A stretch of 64,000 bases of DNA from the human T2T-CHM13v2.0 reference genome, Homo sapiens (GCF_009914755.1 NC_060935.1), one strand, 5' to 3'; counted from the first letter of the stretch, positions 1-16,080 are shown. Numbers and translations: made by a program. Notes: generated from the sequence alone by a model not told the origin.

Positions 1-352
1 TGTTTATTAAGGAGTGTCCATGGAGTCCACATCTGTTGAAGGAAGGGGAAGGAAGCAGGAAGCAGCAGGGAGAAGTTGATGGGCAAAGTAATCTCAATAG
101 CAGCCTCCACCAACCCTATGGGGAGCTCTGAAGCTATCAGAGCCCTTCATTGTTGTCCAGACTCGGGCCAACTTGGCCAGGCCTTCTATATGGAGCGGTC
201 ATTTTATCCAGGCAACCCTCTGGAGGGTGTGTGGTTGGTTATGGCCGCTCTGTAGCTGGGGCAGTCTCTGAAGGGGCTGACAACATTCTCACCTCTTAGA
301 GCACCAAGTCCTTCATTGTTGGAGGATCTGGGAAGCACATCAAGTGTCCACC
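1..352 (-). mobile_element. LTR16A-like ERVL LTR fragment
   Basis: Similarity to the recalled LTR16A consensus (tgtttatt...ggagtg...gggagaag...gggagctctg...tgaaggggctgaca); a related copy lies at 49020-49398. Confidence 0.6.
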
Positions 353-589
353 CCCTGGGATGTCTGTGTGTCCAGGACTACACCAGATAATATGGAGAAG
401 ATAGATAAGTAATGTATCTAAGATACAGTTATCTCTCTCAAGTGAAAGAGAAAGAGAAACCATGTGTCACACACATTCAAAGTAGAGCATATTTAATAGC
501 ATCAATTCTGACAATTGCAAGTTGTGTGAGCTTAACTCTTGTATGGCTCCAATTTTTGTTTGAAAGTTATAGATAACACCTTTACTAAA

Positions 590-1062
590 TTTATTTATCA
601 ATTCTAATAGTTTCTAATAGTTTTTTGGTGGAGTCCAACTATAAGATTGTATTATCTGCCAACAAGGATAATTTGACTTCCCGCTTTCCAATTTTGATGC
701 TCTTTCTTTCTTTCTTTTTACTGATTCCTTAGCTAGGACTTTCAGAACTATGTTTGATAACAGTGGTGAAAGTGAACATCCTTGTCATGTTCCAGATCTC
801 AGAGAAAAGGCTTTCAGGCTTTCCCCATTCAGAATGCAACTAGCTAAGGTTCTGCTGTATATGGCTTTTATTATATTGAGGTATGTCCCTTCTATAGCCA
901 GTTTTTTGTTAAAGATACATCAAAATATAAAAAAGAAAACTACAGACCAGTATGTCTGATAAATATTGATGCAAAATTCTTCAGTAAAATACTAGCAAAT
1001 TGAATTCAACAACACATAAAAGAGATAATTCATCATGACCAAGTGGGATTTATCCCAGAAAT
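590..1062. mobile_element. Old L1 ORF2 (RT region) fragments in opposite orientations, joined at about 910
   Basis: 590-910 is antisense L1 ORF2 (gaacatccttgtcatgttccagatct, ttccccattcag); 911-1062 is sense (aaaactacagaccag...catcatgaccaagtgggatttatcccag). Confidence 0.8.
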
Positions 1063-1067
1063 AGAAA

Positions 1068-1998
<931 letters not shown>

Positions 1999-4900
1999 AC
2001 AACTTACAGAGTTATGTGAGGAGGTGTGAAATGCCTATGTGGCTGGCATGGAGTAAACTCTCAATAAACAAAGTTCATGTCTGGAGTTTGGAAAAAGACA
2101 CTGAATAATAAGTGCTGGAATCATCAGTAGGGCTTCATGGAAAAGAGGGACTGAGTTTTGAAGGAAGGAAAGGACTCAGATAAAGGAAAGGACAGAAAAG
2201 AGGCTATTATGTCATGTAAATAATATAAACAAAAGAACAAATGCTTCAAGTTGTAGCAGCAAGACACAGGCCTTGATAAAAAATTGAACTGAATTCAAAT
2301 GCTCACGCACTTGTTATGAGGTTTGTTATCTTAGACATTTAAATATATCTCTCTGGGTCTCAGTTTTCCTGTTTTTATTATTTTTTTCTTATCCATTGAA
2401 TGTCTATATTCTAGAAGAAAAGCAAGGCATTTTCACATCCTCTTTCTGGCCCCTCAGTTTGACTAGTTACTGTAAACTCACATTGGCTTCACAACCATAT
2501 CCGTAGTTATTCCAGAAGGCTAAGCAGATTCATCTGTAATCTGCTCATGTCTTTCTAAAATGTTGAAGTGGATAGTTCTGCAAGATTCATGAGCCTATGA
2601 AGAGAAGGTCCAGAGTGGCAGTCTCCAAACTTCTTGGATGCTTCACCCATCAGAGAAAATTTTGGAAAATGTATTTCTGATACATGAATAATGAATATGT
2701 GTTAATCTATTATATTAAATATTATACTACATTAAATGATAATTATCTTATATAAAAATAGAAGTGTTAATATTTTTATTTTACATTGTAATTTATTGTT
2801 TTGCTTATATAGTCTCTAAAGTGATTTTGGAACAGCAGTCTTCCTAAATCCAGTTCAGAATGCCAGCATGTACTTTCTGACCAATCTGTCTCTATCATAT
2901 TACACATGCTCTTTGTTCATAACCTGATATATAATCCTTTCTTTTTTATTTGGTCAAAGAACTATTCCAACATGGACCTAAAAAGGGTATGTTTGGTTTC
3001 ATGGTAAAAGACTGAACTGAGGTGCCTTCTATTTAATGGTGCATAAAGAACTATGCAGATCAACAGAATTTTTTTTTCAAACAGCCCAAAGCTGCTTCTG
3101 ATCAAAAATTCAGTGAAACTTGTTCAGGAAACCCTGGAGATTAGAAAGAAAGGCAGAGTAAGATCAGTTCTGTGTGCATTTTCCCAGAGGCAACCCCATC
3201 TGGCTAAAGCACCTGGGTCTCAGTCCCCAGAAACTGCCAGGTGGCCTGCCAATGTAGAGAAGAGAGTCCTTGGGAAGTTCCACCTGTGCCTTTTTCTTCT
3301 ATGGGAGTCATTCTATGGGTTCAAGCTTCTTTTCTGAGGACAATACTGCATCCTGCCTCCATTGCTTCTTGTCCCCCTTTGTCATGACGGAGTATGCCTC
3401 TGACTTTGATATTAGGATTGGATCCTTCCCTGAATCTCCCTCAAATAGCACTTACTTCCCCAATTTAAAATCTAAAACTTGCCCTATGCATACCTTCCCT
3501 CCCTCATTACAATACTAGTTCATAGGGTTTGATTTTGTAGAGCTTTGTTAAAGAAGTTTAGATTTAATAATTTTAAATGAGTCATTGATTATTTTGTTCT
3601 GATAAGTCAATATTTTAAGATGATGTTCTTGTTCATGGATTCAATGAGCATAAAATTTGTGGCTGGAATTGATTGGGAGCAGATAGAAGGACTCAGAGTT
3701 GTACTAGCCAATAATCCAGCCATGGTGTGATGGGATATTCACACGGCTCCCCTGCCTATGTCCTTTTTTGGAATGAGAAAAGAAAAAGTTGTATCAGTGG
3801 TTTACAATATTTATGGTAGCTATCGGCAATGCACATTGAATGAGCAAACTGCTAGATGCTATTCTTCACTCAATGTGCTCGCTTAAGCAAATAATAAGAA
3901 AAATATATTTGAAAAGGGAAGACAAAGTTTGATCATAAATATATTCTTTCTGAACTTCTGCTTTCTGGTCATGTAATTCACTTTGGGGATTACAAAGGAA
4001 AAGTGAAAGTAGAGTCAAATTATTAAGTAATGCGTTATTAAGGAAGTCAGATGTGTCAGGTTGGGGATGTTCTGGCACAAAGTTAAAAAATAACTTATGT
4101 CCTGGTCCTGGTGCTGGTACCAATTGACTGTGTGATATTTGGCAAAACGCTTAGGTCTATAATTTTTTCAGCTATAAAAAAAGATATTCAATAATAAAAA
4201 CTTTAAGATTTCTTCTTGTTCTAAAATTCTATGGTTATAAAATACATAAATAATGGCTGAATTTAGAGAAAATTCATTCTTTCCTCTTTTATTCAAGCAT
4301 TATCCATCATTCTTCAACCATTGTCAATTTTTCATGTGTACTTATATTTTATTAATCTATTGCACATGTGAGCCTATCTCAAAGCCTGTTTAAGAGGAAG
4401 CAGCATATGAATAAATATTTACTATATGGTATTTAACTGTAATACAGAATAAATAAAACCAAATATAATAATAACCATTATTTCTTAGTAAAATGCATAT
4501 GATCAAAATTACATTTTTTTGGAGTTGTAATATTGCAATGTTTTGAAAGCAATAAGATATTTTCACACTGAGGAAGCCAAGTTCAGTTGTTTGTTGATAA
4601 TTTGAGGAAGTGCACATAATAAGTCACATATAGAAGGCACCATTAACTTCTCTGGTGAAGAAAGGCATTAGTATGGGGAATTCAAAAACAATTACATTAT
4701 ATCTTACTCTGAATGGAGTTTACAAAATTATGCTTAAACATGTCAATGTCTAGTGTCTTAAGGACTAACGATACTTCAAATTACATAATGGGATTCCAAT
4801 CCAGTTTAGTTTCACATGCAACCAGAGCTCTGAAGAGAATGAAAATTATCACCTCTAATTCCAAGCAAAACTGACTTCCTTATTTCTTCAAGTTTACTTT

Positions 4901-7900
4901 CTCTAAGCAATTAATATTTTCATTTAAATAACACTTTTTGTGGATTAGAGAAAGCTTGGTGTCAGAGACTTGTATTTAAGTTCTGACATCTTCTTTTACT
5001 AGCCATGAGACATTGAGCAAGGCCATAAATTCTTTGAACTTCAATATCATCATTTGGCAAGTAAAATTTATAATAGAGTGATAACTATACTATGTTCTTC
5101 AAAGGGATATGGCTAAGATATAACAAAATTGTTCGTGTGGAAATTATTTTGAAAACTAAGTTTATAATGACTTACCAGGGATAACATAAAACAAAATGTA
5201 ACAATATAAAGAAACAAGTGACATTTGCTGAATTAATTATATTAAATACAAATGCTATGAAGTAAACTGAATTAAAACAAAACAAAACAAAATATGACTT
5301 TACCTTCAAGGATGACATGATCTGCCTTTGAAAACATATAGGCAAGAACAACTAATATTCTTCAACTAACACCATAGAAGTTTGTATAAATCTCTAAAAC
5401 TCTCTGCAGCTCAGTTTTCCTTAGCTATAAAGAGTGAGTATTGGTTTGGTAGTCCCCATGTTTTCTGGAAGTCCTTAACGTATTATTTGAGGAGACTATT
5501 TGGAAGAAAGCTGACATTTTTAAAAAGATTTGACATTAATGTAAGAAAATGTTGTAGTATATCTTAATTGCAGAAACAAGAATTGAAAAGAACAATAGTA
5601 TCTTTAAATCATATCAGTCTCTAAGAATAGTGAGTAGAATGATTGACTAAATAACCTACAAATGAATAACACTCGATAGTGACTTGGATGTTTATGATAA
5701 CCATGACAACAAAACACCATGTTGCTAACCTATTAAGAGTTTCTTTAAAAATGTAAAGTACTGTGAGCCATCATGAAAAACTGCTAGGTTTTCAATTAAA
5801 CTCTCAACTTTGGCATGTGTGCTTCATAAGACCATAAAATGGGCACTGTACTTTGCACGGTGCCATGTGATACTGTTTTCAGTAACCAGAGCACTAAAAT
5901 TCTGCAAGTAGCATCAGTCCTAGGCTGTCAGGCAGAACAAGGCACGGGTGCTTCATCTTGAGGGAGTGGAACTCTGCATTTTTCAAATCAAGTCTGTAAT
6001 AAAAATGATCCCTTAGACCATATAGTGCTATATATATCTATATCTATATAATCTCATATGATGTTGCCAAGTAGGTACAATAGGTAGAATTCTCCAATTG
6101 TATAGATGAGGGAAAACAACACATGTGACTGAGGTTATGTAGCAAATAAATGACAGAGCCAGAACTAGACCTTGTATTTTTTAACCTACAGTCTAATCTT
6201 GTGTTCTGTATGCTTGTTTGTTTTCCTGCTCCAGACTTGTCAACAATAATTATGGCTATTATTTTCCGAGCACTTAACTATGTGTCAGGCACGATGCCGA
6301 GTTTTTCAGATACTCCCTTTCTTGTAATCAATTTTTTGTCTTTGCTGCCCCCTCTGTCAGAAAGAAAAAAAAAACTCATTGTATTTAATAAGCAAGGAAA
6401 CTGAAGCTTGGGTAGAAGAAACACAGCACCTTGACGATGGTCACATAGCTACCAAGAGGTAGAGCCTGGACCCACAGTCATGTCTGCCTGGCTTCAGCTT
6501 TTCCTATCCCCTCACTTGGGCAGCTTGTATATCTCTGGCAGCTGCCATCTCAGAAGTTTCTTCCTCAAGAGGTTGTGTTTCCTTGAAACAAAAAGCAGTT
6601 TGACTTAGAAATATCAAGACAGTGCAATGAAAGACCTTGCACTATTGCCCTTTTAAGGTCTATGATATCTAAGATTGGAGTGTGATATTATTTTATGTGA
6701 CCTATACATGCTGAGTTTAAATCTCGTGCCAGTCATTTTGGAGCTGAGCTCTCTATAAGGCAGTTTTTCTCAATTTCTACACTACTAAACATACTCAGTA
6801 ACTGTGGATAGGGTTCTATGCATATCTACCTTCGGTCTTCCTCTTGTTTCACAAGCTCAGAAGGATTTTTCTCCTGAACATTGACAAATATTATTTTAAA
6901 ACTTTCACACAATTCAGGATGCTCAAATATATTTCTCATTGTATTTGAGCATCTTAGAAACTAAGATACTCTTGAAAAACATTAATTCCATCTTCCACTA
7001 CAAGTGCTTATTCCGCCCCTTCTTTCTTTTTCCTTCCTACCTTCTTTCCTCCCTCCCACCATTCCTTTCTTCATTCCTGCCTTCCATTCTTCCATGTAAT
7101 AATAATTCAGTGTGGCTGCTAATCATGAATGTGATCTTTGAGAACTCACTGTTTAGCTGAGGCAAGAGCCCATGTAGGTGTTAAACAACTAACATGTAAG
7201 AGTAACAATGTGTCACAGAACATACATAATGTATATTTTAATGTCAACTCACAGAGATCATAAAGAACAATTTCCTAAGAAACACCTGAACTGACTCCAG
7301 TAGAACCAAAATACATAAAGAAGGAAGGGGAGAGGAGAAAATTTTGTAAATTTCAAAGAGAAATCAATAGATTAATGTTAATTCAGTCTCACCTCCCAGC
7401 AAATCATTCTACTCTGTTGCTAAGCAGTAAGTACAGACCATATGCACTTCTCCAGTCTAATATGTAGTCTCAAACCTCTTTTTCTTTGCCTCTGCTGCCC
7501 CCTCTGCCTGGAATAGACTCCCAACCTCCCATGCAAACCCTCCTGACTATTTTTGAAGGTCAGCTCAAGGGTAAGTCTATACCATCCTCTAGCCTCTCAC
7601 AGTGTGTTGCACACAACTCCACTGTAACGGTCACCACTTTGCTGTGTAAATGCTTGTTCCTGCTCTCTCTGTGCCATACTGTGTTATCTGCTGTTTCAAT
7701 CCCAGAACATCAACAGTGTGGAGCATTTAGTAAATACTCAAGATATGTTTCAGGATTAGATAATTCTATAAAAGCCTGTGTCAACTTGTTCTATATAATA
7801 ATTTGGGTAATAGGATAGTGCCTGTAAGTGTTAAAGGCTCCATGTAATTCAGACTGTTCTCAAAAATATTTACTCTGTGGTTCGACTCTGAGTAAAATAA

Positions 7901-9149
7901 TGACAAAGAAAATGGCTGAGAATACGAGAACCCACACTATGGAAGGAACTACATGCAATGAAAATAGCTAACTGAAACATAAATATGCACAGAAAGAGAT
8001 AAATGAGGCATTCATACAACAACAGTGTCTGAGTCTACCACAAGTGGGTTATGATTACAGGACGCTGTGGAGCAGCATGAATAAAAGATTAAGTGGTGCA
8101 TATTTTAGGTAGGTGGATGGGTGAACATTGCAGAGAACTGGTTTTAAAAAAAAGCAAGAATATTCAGATTAGGTATTCAGAAATACCTAATATAAATAAT
8201 TCATTTTCCTCTGAGAGTGAAACCCAAAAATGACAGTCACTAAAAGTATATTTACATGACACCTTAAACAAATTTTGTGTAATGTTTTTATAATAAAAAA
8301 ATGAAGCAATCTCTAGATGGAAAAGGTATTTCACACAATGTGTACCACCAATATACAGAGACTGTGTAGAAGTGAGAGTGACCATAAAGGTTTCCCCACT
8401 TCATGGTAGGTCAAAACCTAGCAGAGACTGTGTTTAGAATAAAATAGAGTATGCAATAGGTACTCATTATTCTCACTTATGCTGACTTTCCAAATCATCC
8501 CTGGTAGTAAAGACCTCTGGCTACTTTCCAAGAAATTAGCAAAAGAAGGGAATAGAATCACTGGATGTTAGAGCTTGAAGATTTTGAGGTTCTTTTGCCA
8601 CCCTTATTTTCAGATGAGGATATCTTTCACAGGCCAGAAAAGTAAAGAAATCTACCAGGTGGTCAAATATTTTAAAATGACAGAACTGGGGCTAAAATCC
8701 AGGATTCTCGATTCCCAGTCCAGTGCTCTTTCTTACACACTAAGCCATGCCAAAATCCACTCTAAAATAAAACCCTAAATCTACTAGCCTTAACATTTAT
8801 AAGGTGTTTCCACAAGGACATAGGTTTTGCTCCATGCCTCATGTGAGGTCTTTGTTTCCTTCTTGTTTAAAGAAAGAGTGACCTGGACAACAGTCTCATA
8901 GTGACATCTGGTGACTAAGTCAGGGTAATACAAAACATAAGAAGAAGACAAATAAAGTATCAATGTGCTTTTGTTTGTTAAGATTTAGGTAGGACAATTA
9001 AATCCAAAACTTAGAGGACACATTGTAATTCCTAAAGATTGTGTTTCATGGTTCCCTTCTTCTTTAATATGTCTACAAACAAGGTGATGTTTTATATTAA
9101 TTCTCTTTTTGTAATAACAGTGAATTATTGCCAATCTTGTGGCATCTGA

Positions 9150-11450
9150 GTCTACATAAGCTATTCAACAAAGATTTATGAGAACCGACTATGTGACAGA
9201 AGCAGTTGTAGCTCCTGGGGACACAAAGCCTAGTTGTGGAATTAACCCAATACAGCAAACTATGAAATAATGTGATAAGAGCTAGAGTTAAGATATACAT
9301 AAAATATGCTGAGGAAAGAGTGACTGACTGACTGGTAAGTCAGAAATGCTTTAGAGAAAATGAGACCTTTTTAACTTAGCCTTTAAAAGTTATTAGGAGT
9401 CCACCTGACTTAAAAAAACAAAAATTCTCAATTCATTCTCTCAAATGCAACAAAAAGCATCCAAAATAAAAATATATTTTTATTAAAATTCATTCTATGA
9501 GTGTGATTGTCAGTGACATTGCTTCATTATTGATTAGCTTAGTCCCTGTAAAGAAAAATTATATGTTGCTGTTTCTGGTCAATAACACAGGTAGAGAATA
9601 CCTAGTATCCTCAATATCTTCTATTTCCTATTTCAATTTCTGGTACAGAGGTCTGGGGAAGAAACCCCAGAGTTGCCTGCCTTTAAGTATTCAATTGTTA
9701 CTTATATAGGTTCTTCTATATATCAGGTTCTCTTTATGGTGCTGGAAATGAAACAGTGAACAAAATCCATGCCCTCATTGTACATATATTCTAGAGGGGA
9801 AAACAGTCAATACATAGATATGTCACATATGTAGTAGGTTAGATGGCTGTAAATAGGAAGAGAACTGTGCAGGGATGGGGTTAGATAGTGCTGGGGTAGG
9901 AAAGCGTAATCTTAGATACGGTTGCCAGGGAAAACCTTCCTGAGAAATTGGCATTTGAGGAAAGGCCTGAAGGATGTGATGGAAGAAGATAAGCAGATAT
10001 TTTGCAGATATTTAAGGAAGAGAGCTCCAAGAAGAGGGACAATCAGAACAAAAGGCCTTTGCTGGGAATGTGCTAAGAGTGGAAGCACACCAAGGAGGAC
10101 AGTGTGGCTAATGAGTGAAGCCTGAAAAAAGTAGAAGAAATTAGGTCTGAAAAGAAGTGGGGACCAGATCATGTAGGGCCTTGTTAGCCTTGATAAGGAG
10201 GGTGGTGGGAATCACTGTAGACTTTGGGACACAGAGGGTGACAAGACCTCTGACCCAGATGCTATGTTCAGAACGGATAATAAGGAAGCAAATGCTGAAT
10301 CAGAAATACCAAAAGTAAAGGATTGTATTTATCCAAGAGACAGCTGATGGTCATTTCAACAAAAGTTAGCAGTGGAAGAGGAGTAATTAGATTCTTGACA
10401 CATTTAAAAGGCATAATTAACACAACTGATGGATCAAATATGCATGGGGAAATGAGAAAAGTCACTTCGAGAGTGACTCTGAATTGCTTAGGCAATGGGA
10501 AGAAATAGACATTTAATGAGATAGAAAATGTGCAAGAGGACCAGGTTTGGAGGAGCAGGACATCAAGAGTCCAACTTAGGATATATTAAATTTGATGTGT
10601 CTATTAATTGTGCAGGTAAGGATGTCTAGTAGGAGTTGAATAGAATCTCGAGTTCAGGGGAAATAACATTTGACCATCATCAATATTCAGATACTATTCA
10701 AAGGCTATGTGATATCACCTTGTGAGTGAATGCTGATAGAGAAAGGATCTAAGGACTGAACTCTAGTGAACTCCAGTGGAGGGATGAGATAAATGAGTAA
10801 ACAGAGCTTAGGGGAACATCTAAAGTGAATAGGAAAACTGAGAGTAGCTCCCAGAAGTCAAGTGAAGAAAGTATTTTAAGAAGGAGATAATTACCCGCTG
10901 AATCAAAGATACTGAGAGGCTGATTAAGACAAAGACTAAATTTATCACTGAATTTAGCACTATGGAAACCATAGGTAATCTTGAGAAGAGCTTTTTTTCT
11001 TAGTATGGTAAACCTTTTGAAGTAGATTCAAATGAGAATGGGAAGAGAGAAAAGGGAGAGAAGCAACATAAGAAATCTCTTTTAAGGAATTTTATATAGA
11101 GAGAAACAGAGGAATTAGTTGATAGTTGGAAATTATTTTAAAGAAAATGGGTTATTTTAAAGAAAAAAGGTATTACAACATGTTTGCACTATTGTGGGGA
11201 TAATCAAGTTGGGACAGAAAATTATTTTTTAAGGAAGAGTTTAATTGCTGAAGTGAAAGAGAATGAGACCCTGTGCATAAGTGTGATCAGATAGGAGCAT
11301 GTACAGCTCAAGTAAGAACAGGAAGAAAGAGACAATAAACATGTACAGATAGGATGGGCTGGTCGATGTGGTGGTGAAAAGACATGCGAGTTATTACTGA
11401 TTACTTCTATTTCCCCAGTGAAATAGGAAGCCAGGTTCATAAACCAAAAT
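9150..11450 (-). mobile_element. Degraded L2 LINE fragments
   Basis: L2-like motifs (attcaacaaagatttatgag, ggaccagatcatgtagggccttg, aaggactgaactct, aatttagcactatgga); boundaries approximate. Confidence 0.6.
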
Positions 11451-13174
11451 GAAGAGGAGCGAGGCAGTATTGGAAGTTCAGGAAAAGTAATAGGTGTAAA
11501 AATATGTAAAGTAGAATTACCAGGGAGTATGAAGATACATTTCCAATTAAGGATGAAGAATTTAAAGTGAGGCCAGCCAATACCCCTGCTTTGCTTCAGC
11601 TACATCAGCTGCATAGGTTCAGGCACAGAATACATGGAACATTGTATTTAAATAGGGCCTGGATTTTACAAAAGTAACACAATGAAGAAGAGAGATGCAA
11701 GGCTATTTGAGGGTGTTTGTGGGAGAGATTGTAAAATATTAGCTAAGTAAGAAGGGGACTGCAAATTTTAGGGGTATAAAGGAATGAGGAAAAGTGTAAA
11801 TACAGTGGGGTCAAAGAATGTTTGGAGCCAAGGCACTAGAGGCAATTAGCTGAAAATGTAGGTGATTATTGGTGAGTGACATGGTTTAAATGAAAAGTAT
11901 AGAAGGGTACAATTATCCATCATGAAAAGTTCTAGGGTACAACTAAGATCTGAGTAGCTGAAGTAGAATGAAAGTAGAATGGACCTTTCCATATCCAGCC
12001 AGGTTCAGTGACAGAAGGTTAGGAAACAAATTATAAACCACTTGAGAGAACATATCCCCTAAGTTGTTTTTACTATTTTTCTTTCAGCATATATTTGTTG
12101 GAATGCCAACTATGTTCAGTTCAATTAATATGGGCTTCTTAAATAAGGGCTCCAGCACTGGATAATCCTGCCATTTATTTTGATACATTCCATCCTGCTG
12201 CTCAGATCTATTGGCATCTACAGGATGTCTTTTGAGAAGATGGGCATTCACATCCCTATGTCCTAGCAAATTTCCAACTCAGAAAACCACATTAGGCTTC
12301 TCTATATATCTTCCAACTATTTCAATGGAAAATACAATTCTCTGATTTCTTCCTATGATATTTATCAAAGAGAATGGTGCCTGCCAGTTCTAGGGTGGGG
12401 GAACTCAATACAAATCACCAACCTTTAGATGACACCCTGTCTTCAAAGTGCTTTCAAAGTCTGGCAGAAAAAAAGTACCCAGTGGCTATAAGACCACCCA
12501 GGAGTTCAGTCATGCATTCTAAGTAGCAGATCACTGGAATGTAATTGGCTAGTGAGTTCATTTTACTCTTCTCTTCTTGGTCACATGTTACCGCCCTTGT
12601 ACCCTGCACGTTCTCTTTCCCAGACTTACAAAGCATGTTCTCTTGAATTCGTTCTCTTTTTAAATTCACACAGTCTTAATGATTCTTCTTTCACAAGAGT
12701 CTTTCACTCTTACAATTCAGTTCAAGTCATCCACATGCTTATTATGAGCAAGGGTCTGGGACTTAGGGGAAAAGGGAATAAAAAGATGAATGAAATGTGA
12801 TCCCTGCAGTCCAAGAGCTTGCTGTGAAAAAGGAAGTTTGGCTTACATTGCCTCCCTAATCCCTTGGCTAGGCCAGAACAGAATATTGTCTAAAACCTCC
12901 TCACGTCAGCAGTCCTCTGGGGTGGTGACTGGAAGTAGAATTTAAACAAAAATATAATTGACACATAATAATTGTGCATACTTATAGGGTACAATCTGAT
13001 GTTTCGATATGTGTTTAAATGGGTGCATTGTGTAATGATCAAATTGAGGTAATTTATCCACCACCTTGAAGAGAGATTTTTCAATATTCTCATTGCGAAG
13101 AAGCAGGAATTTTTAGCAGACAACTGAGATGCTTCTTGTTCACACTAAGTCATTCTGACGATGGATTTACATAA

Positions 13175-13484
<310 letters not shown>

Positions 13485-15262
13485 ACATTTACATTTCTTA
13501 TCTGGATCTTTCCTTTAGTAAGTGCTAAGGAATCCTACTTCCCCCAATATTTTTTCCTATTTCAATGTTTTAGCATGTATCATGTTACTACTTTGCAGAC
13601 ATTTGATTTTCCCCTTTGTTTACTGTAAAGTATATTTTTATAGCCTTTGTAATAGAAGTATTCTAAAATCTGCCTGCAACCTATCTTTCTGACTCTGCAT
13701 TTTAGGGAATAATTCTCTGTTGTGGAATGAAAAAAAAAACAGAGCCTGTGGAGTCAGAGATCTCATTTCAAATTATAGTTATCCCTAGGAATAAATCTGA
13801 GTGACAGGTAGTATAGTATAATAATAAGTATAAAGCTATGGTTAAGGAAAACTCAACAACCTTATCTGTAAATTGGGATGACAACAGCCTACGTCAAAAA
13901 AATGTGAAGGTAAATGAGATAATGTAAGGCTGATACTTAGTAAGCAATTTAAAAACACCCAAAAAACTATTGCCATGATTACTCTACTTACTCTATTTCT
14001 CTATGCTCCAGGCAAATGAACTACTAATGACCCAGGGGTCCTTCCCCATTCTCTTCTTCACAAGGAAATATTCTCTCTCTGTGTGCTGTTTATTAAAATC
14101 TACTGCCCCTTTTAGAAGCCTTTCCAGATCATCCCATGGCCAAGAACGATCGCTGCTTCCTCTTCTTTACATACAGATGTTTTTCTCCTGCTTGACAATT
14201 ATTTTTGTGCAATTATTTTCCTTTTGATTGTGTTTTTAATGTCCCCCCCACCCCACAATTTTCCAGACTGTTTGCTCCACGAGAGAGGAGACCATCATCT
14301 CTGTGCTCACCGTTGTATGACCAGTATCCTGAGGAGTGGCTGTTACATAATTACATCAGGCACTCAATAAAAATTTGATGAATAAACACTGGATTTTAAG
14401 GCAGGTATCATATCTTACATAGCATATCATATCTTACATTTTATGTCCCTCACATAAATACCACAGAGTGAAGTATATGACAGATAAGGTCATTTCTCTT
14501 GATAAGTACATAGTCCAGTCTGAAACAGATATGCCAAAAAAAAACAAAACTGGAGTAAACAAGATGAATTGTTTTAATAGAGGCACTGTATTAGTTTCCT
14601 AGGACTGCCAGAACAAATCACCTCAAACTTAGTGGCTGAAAACAACAAAAATTTATTGTCTCACAGTTATAGATGTTAGAAGTATAAAATTAAGGTGTCA
14701 GTGGGATTGGTTCCTTCTGGGGGCTGTGGAAGAGAATCTGTCCCAAGCCTTCACACTGTAAAGTACAGTACTGGAGGGATAGGACTTCAACTTGCTCTAT
14801 CTCAGATAGAGAGGAGCCATTTGTTGTGAATTGAGAAGAGGGGTATGTTGAATCCATAATAAGCACATAAAAACTTGGCTGGTTCATAGGAGAAGTAACA
14901 TGTTTCCAGCTCTAGTAAAAAACAAATTGAAGTGGCCTATAAAAAGGTACAGAGTACGACAGAATGAAAAATAAATGAACAAGAATACAGAGAGGATGTG
15001 GTAAATTATCATGTTTCCCTAATATGTTATTGGACACTAAATGGTATTAGAATTATTTATCAATAATAATTCTAAACTGTTGCAATTGAAAGAATATATT
15101 AAGTGGTGTTATATGAGAAGTGCCAGGGCATTCTCATTTCTGTCCAATGGGAGAAACATTTTCGTTTGAGACCTCCGTGAATAATACAGTCTTTTAGTTA
15201 GGAGAGCTGCATTTTGAGTGGTGCAGGCAGAATGGCGATCTCTCACCCACACAAACACTAAG

Positions 15263-15310
15263 ATAGAGAGAGACAGAGACAGAGACAGAGACAGCAGAGA
15301 GAGACAGAGA
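15263..15310. repeat. (GA)n/(GAGACA)n microsatellite
   Basis: Direct inspection. Confidence 0.9.
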
Positions 15311-15738
15311 AAGGAAGTACAGGTACTCAGATAGAGATAAGCCATTTCTTGACATTAAGAAATAAAGTAGAATCCATTGGAGGGAAATAAAACTGCCTCA
15401 GGAACAGAGTTAATTCACATACACATGCAGGTAAACACACACTGCTTGATACTTACTGTGGACTTTGAAAATTATGAATGTGTGTGTGTGTGTGTGTGTA
15501 CATTCAGCCCTCCATATCCATGGATTTTGCATTCACAGATTCAACCAACCATGAATTAAAAACATTTGGAAATAACAAACATTAAAATATAACAATACAA
15601 CAATAAAAATAATACAAATAAAAAATATAGTGTAACAACTGTTTACATAGCATGTATGTTGTATTAAGTAGTATAAATCTAGAGATTACTTAATGTATAC
15701 CAGAGGATGCATAGGCTATATGCAAATACTATGCCACT

Positions 15739-15795
15739 TTAAACTGATAAGAACAGATACTAAACTTCATCTTAGCCAAAAGTCAGAGAAACAAT
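15739..15795 (-). pseudogene. 3'-truncated U2 snRNA retropseudogene (U2 nt 1-57)
   Basis: Minus strand ATTGTTTCTCTGACTTTTGGCTAAGATGAAGTTTAGTATCTGTTCTTATCAGTTTAA differs from the U2 5' end at 6 of 57 positions; flanked by the direct repeat actatgcca(c/t)ttta. Confidence 0.9.
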
Positions 15796-15882
15796 ATAAC
15801 TATGCCATTTTACATAAGGGACTTGAGCTGAGCATCCTCAGATTTCAGTATCTTTGGAGTTCCTGGAAACAATTCCTTGTTT

Positions 15883-16048
15883 TATATATATATATGTGTG
15901 TGTATATATATATATATATATACACACATATATATATATATATATATATGATAGCTACTGAGTGACAGGTGATATTATACCATACCACTTGTCACTCAGT
16001 AGCTGTATATGCATATGTATATATATACATATACATATATGTGTGTAT

Positions 16049-16080
<32 letters not shown>

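Noticed and set aside
11800-13150. Paralog of a distal upstream FOLH1 enhancer (CRE-like tcacgtca at 12901, C/EBP-like attgcgaag near 13092)
   Set aside because: Only isolated short motifs; position and identity cannot be supported from sequence alone.
15739-15795. Functional U2 snRNA gene
   Set aside because: Only 57 nt, with no Sm site or 3' stem-loops, a mutated branch-recognition sequence, and flanking TSDs.
15953-16004. Novel pre-miRNA
   Set aside because: The stem is only 19 bp, embedded in microsatellite and explained by a local inversion; there is no expression evidence.
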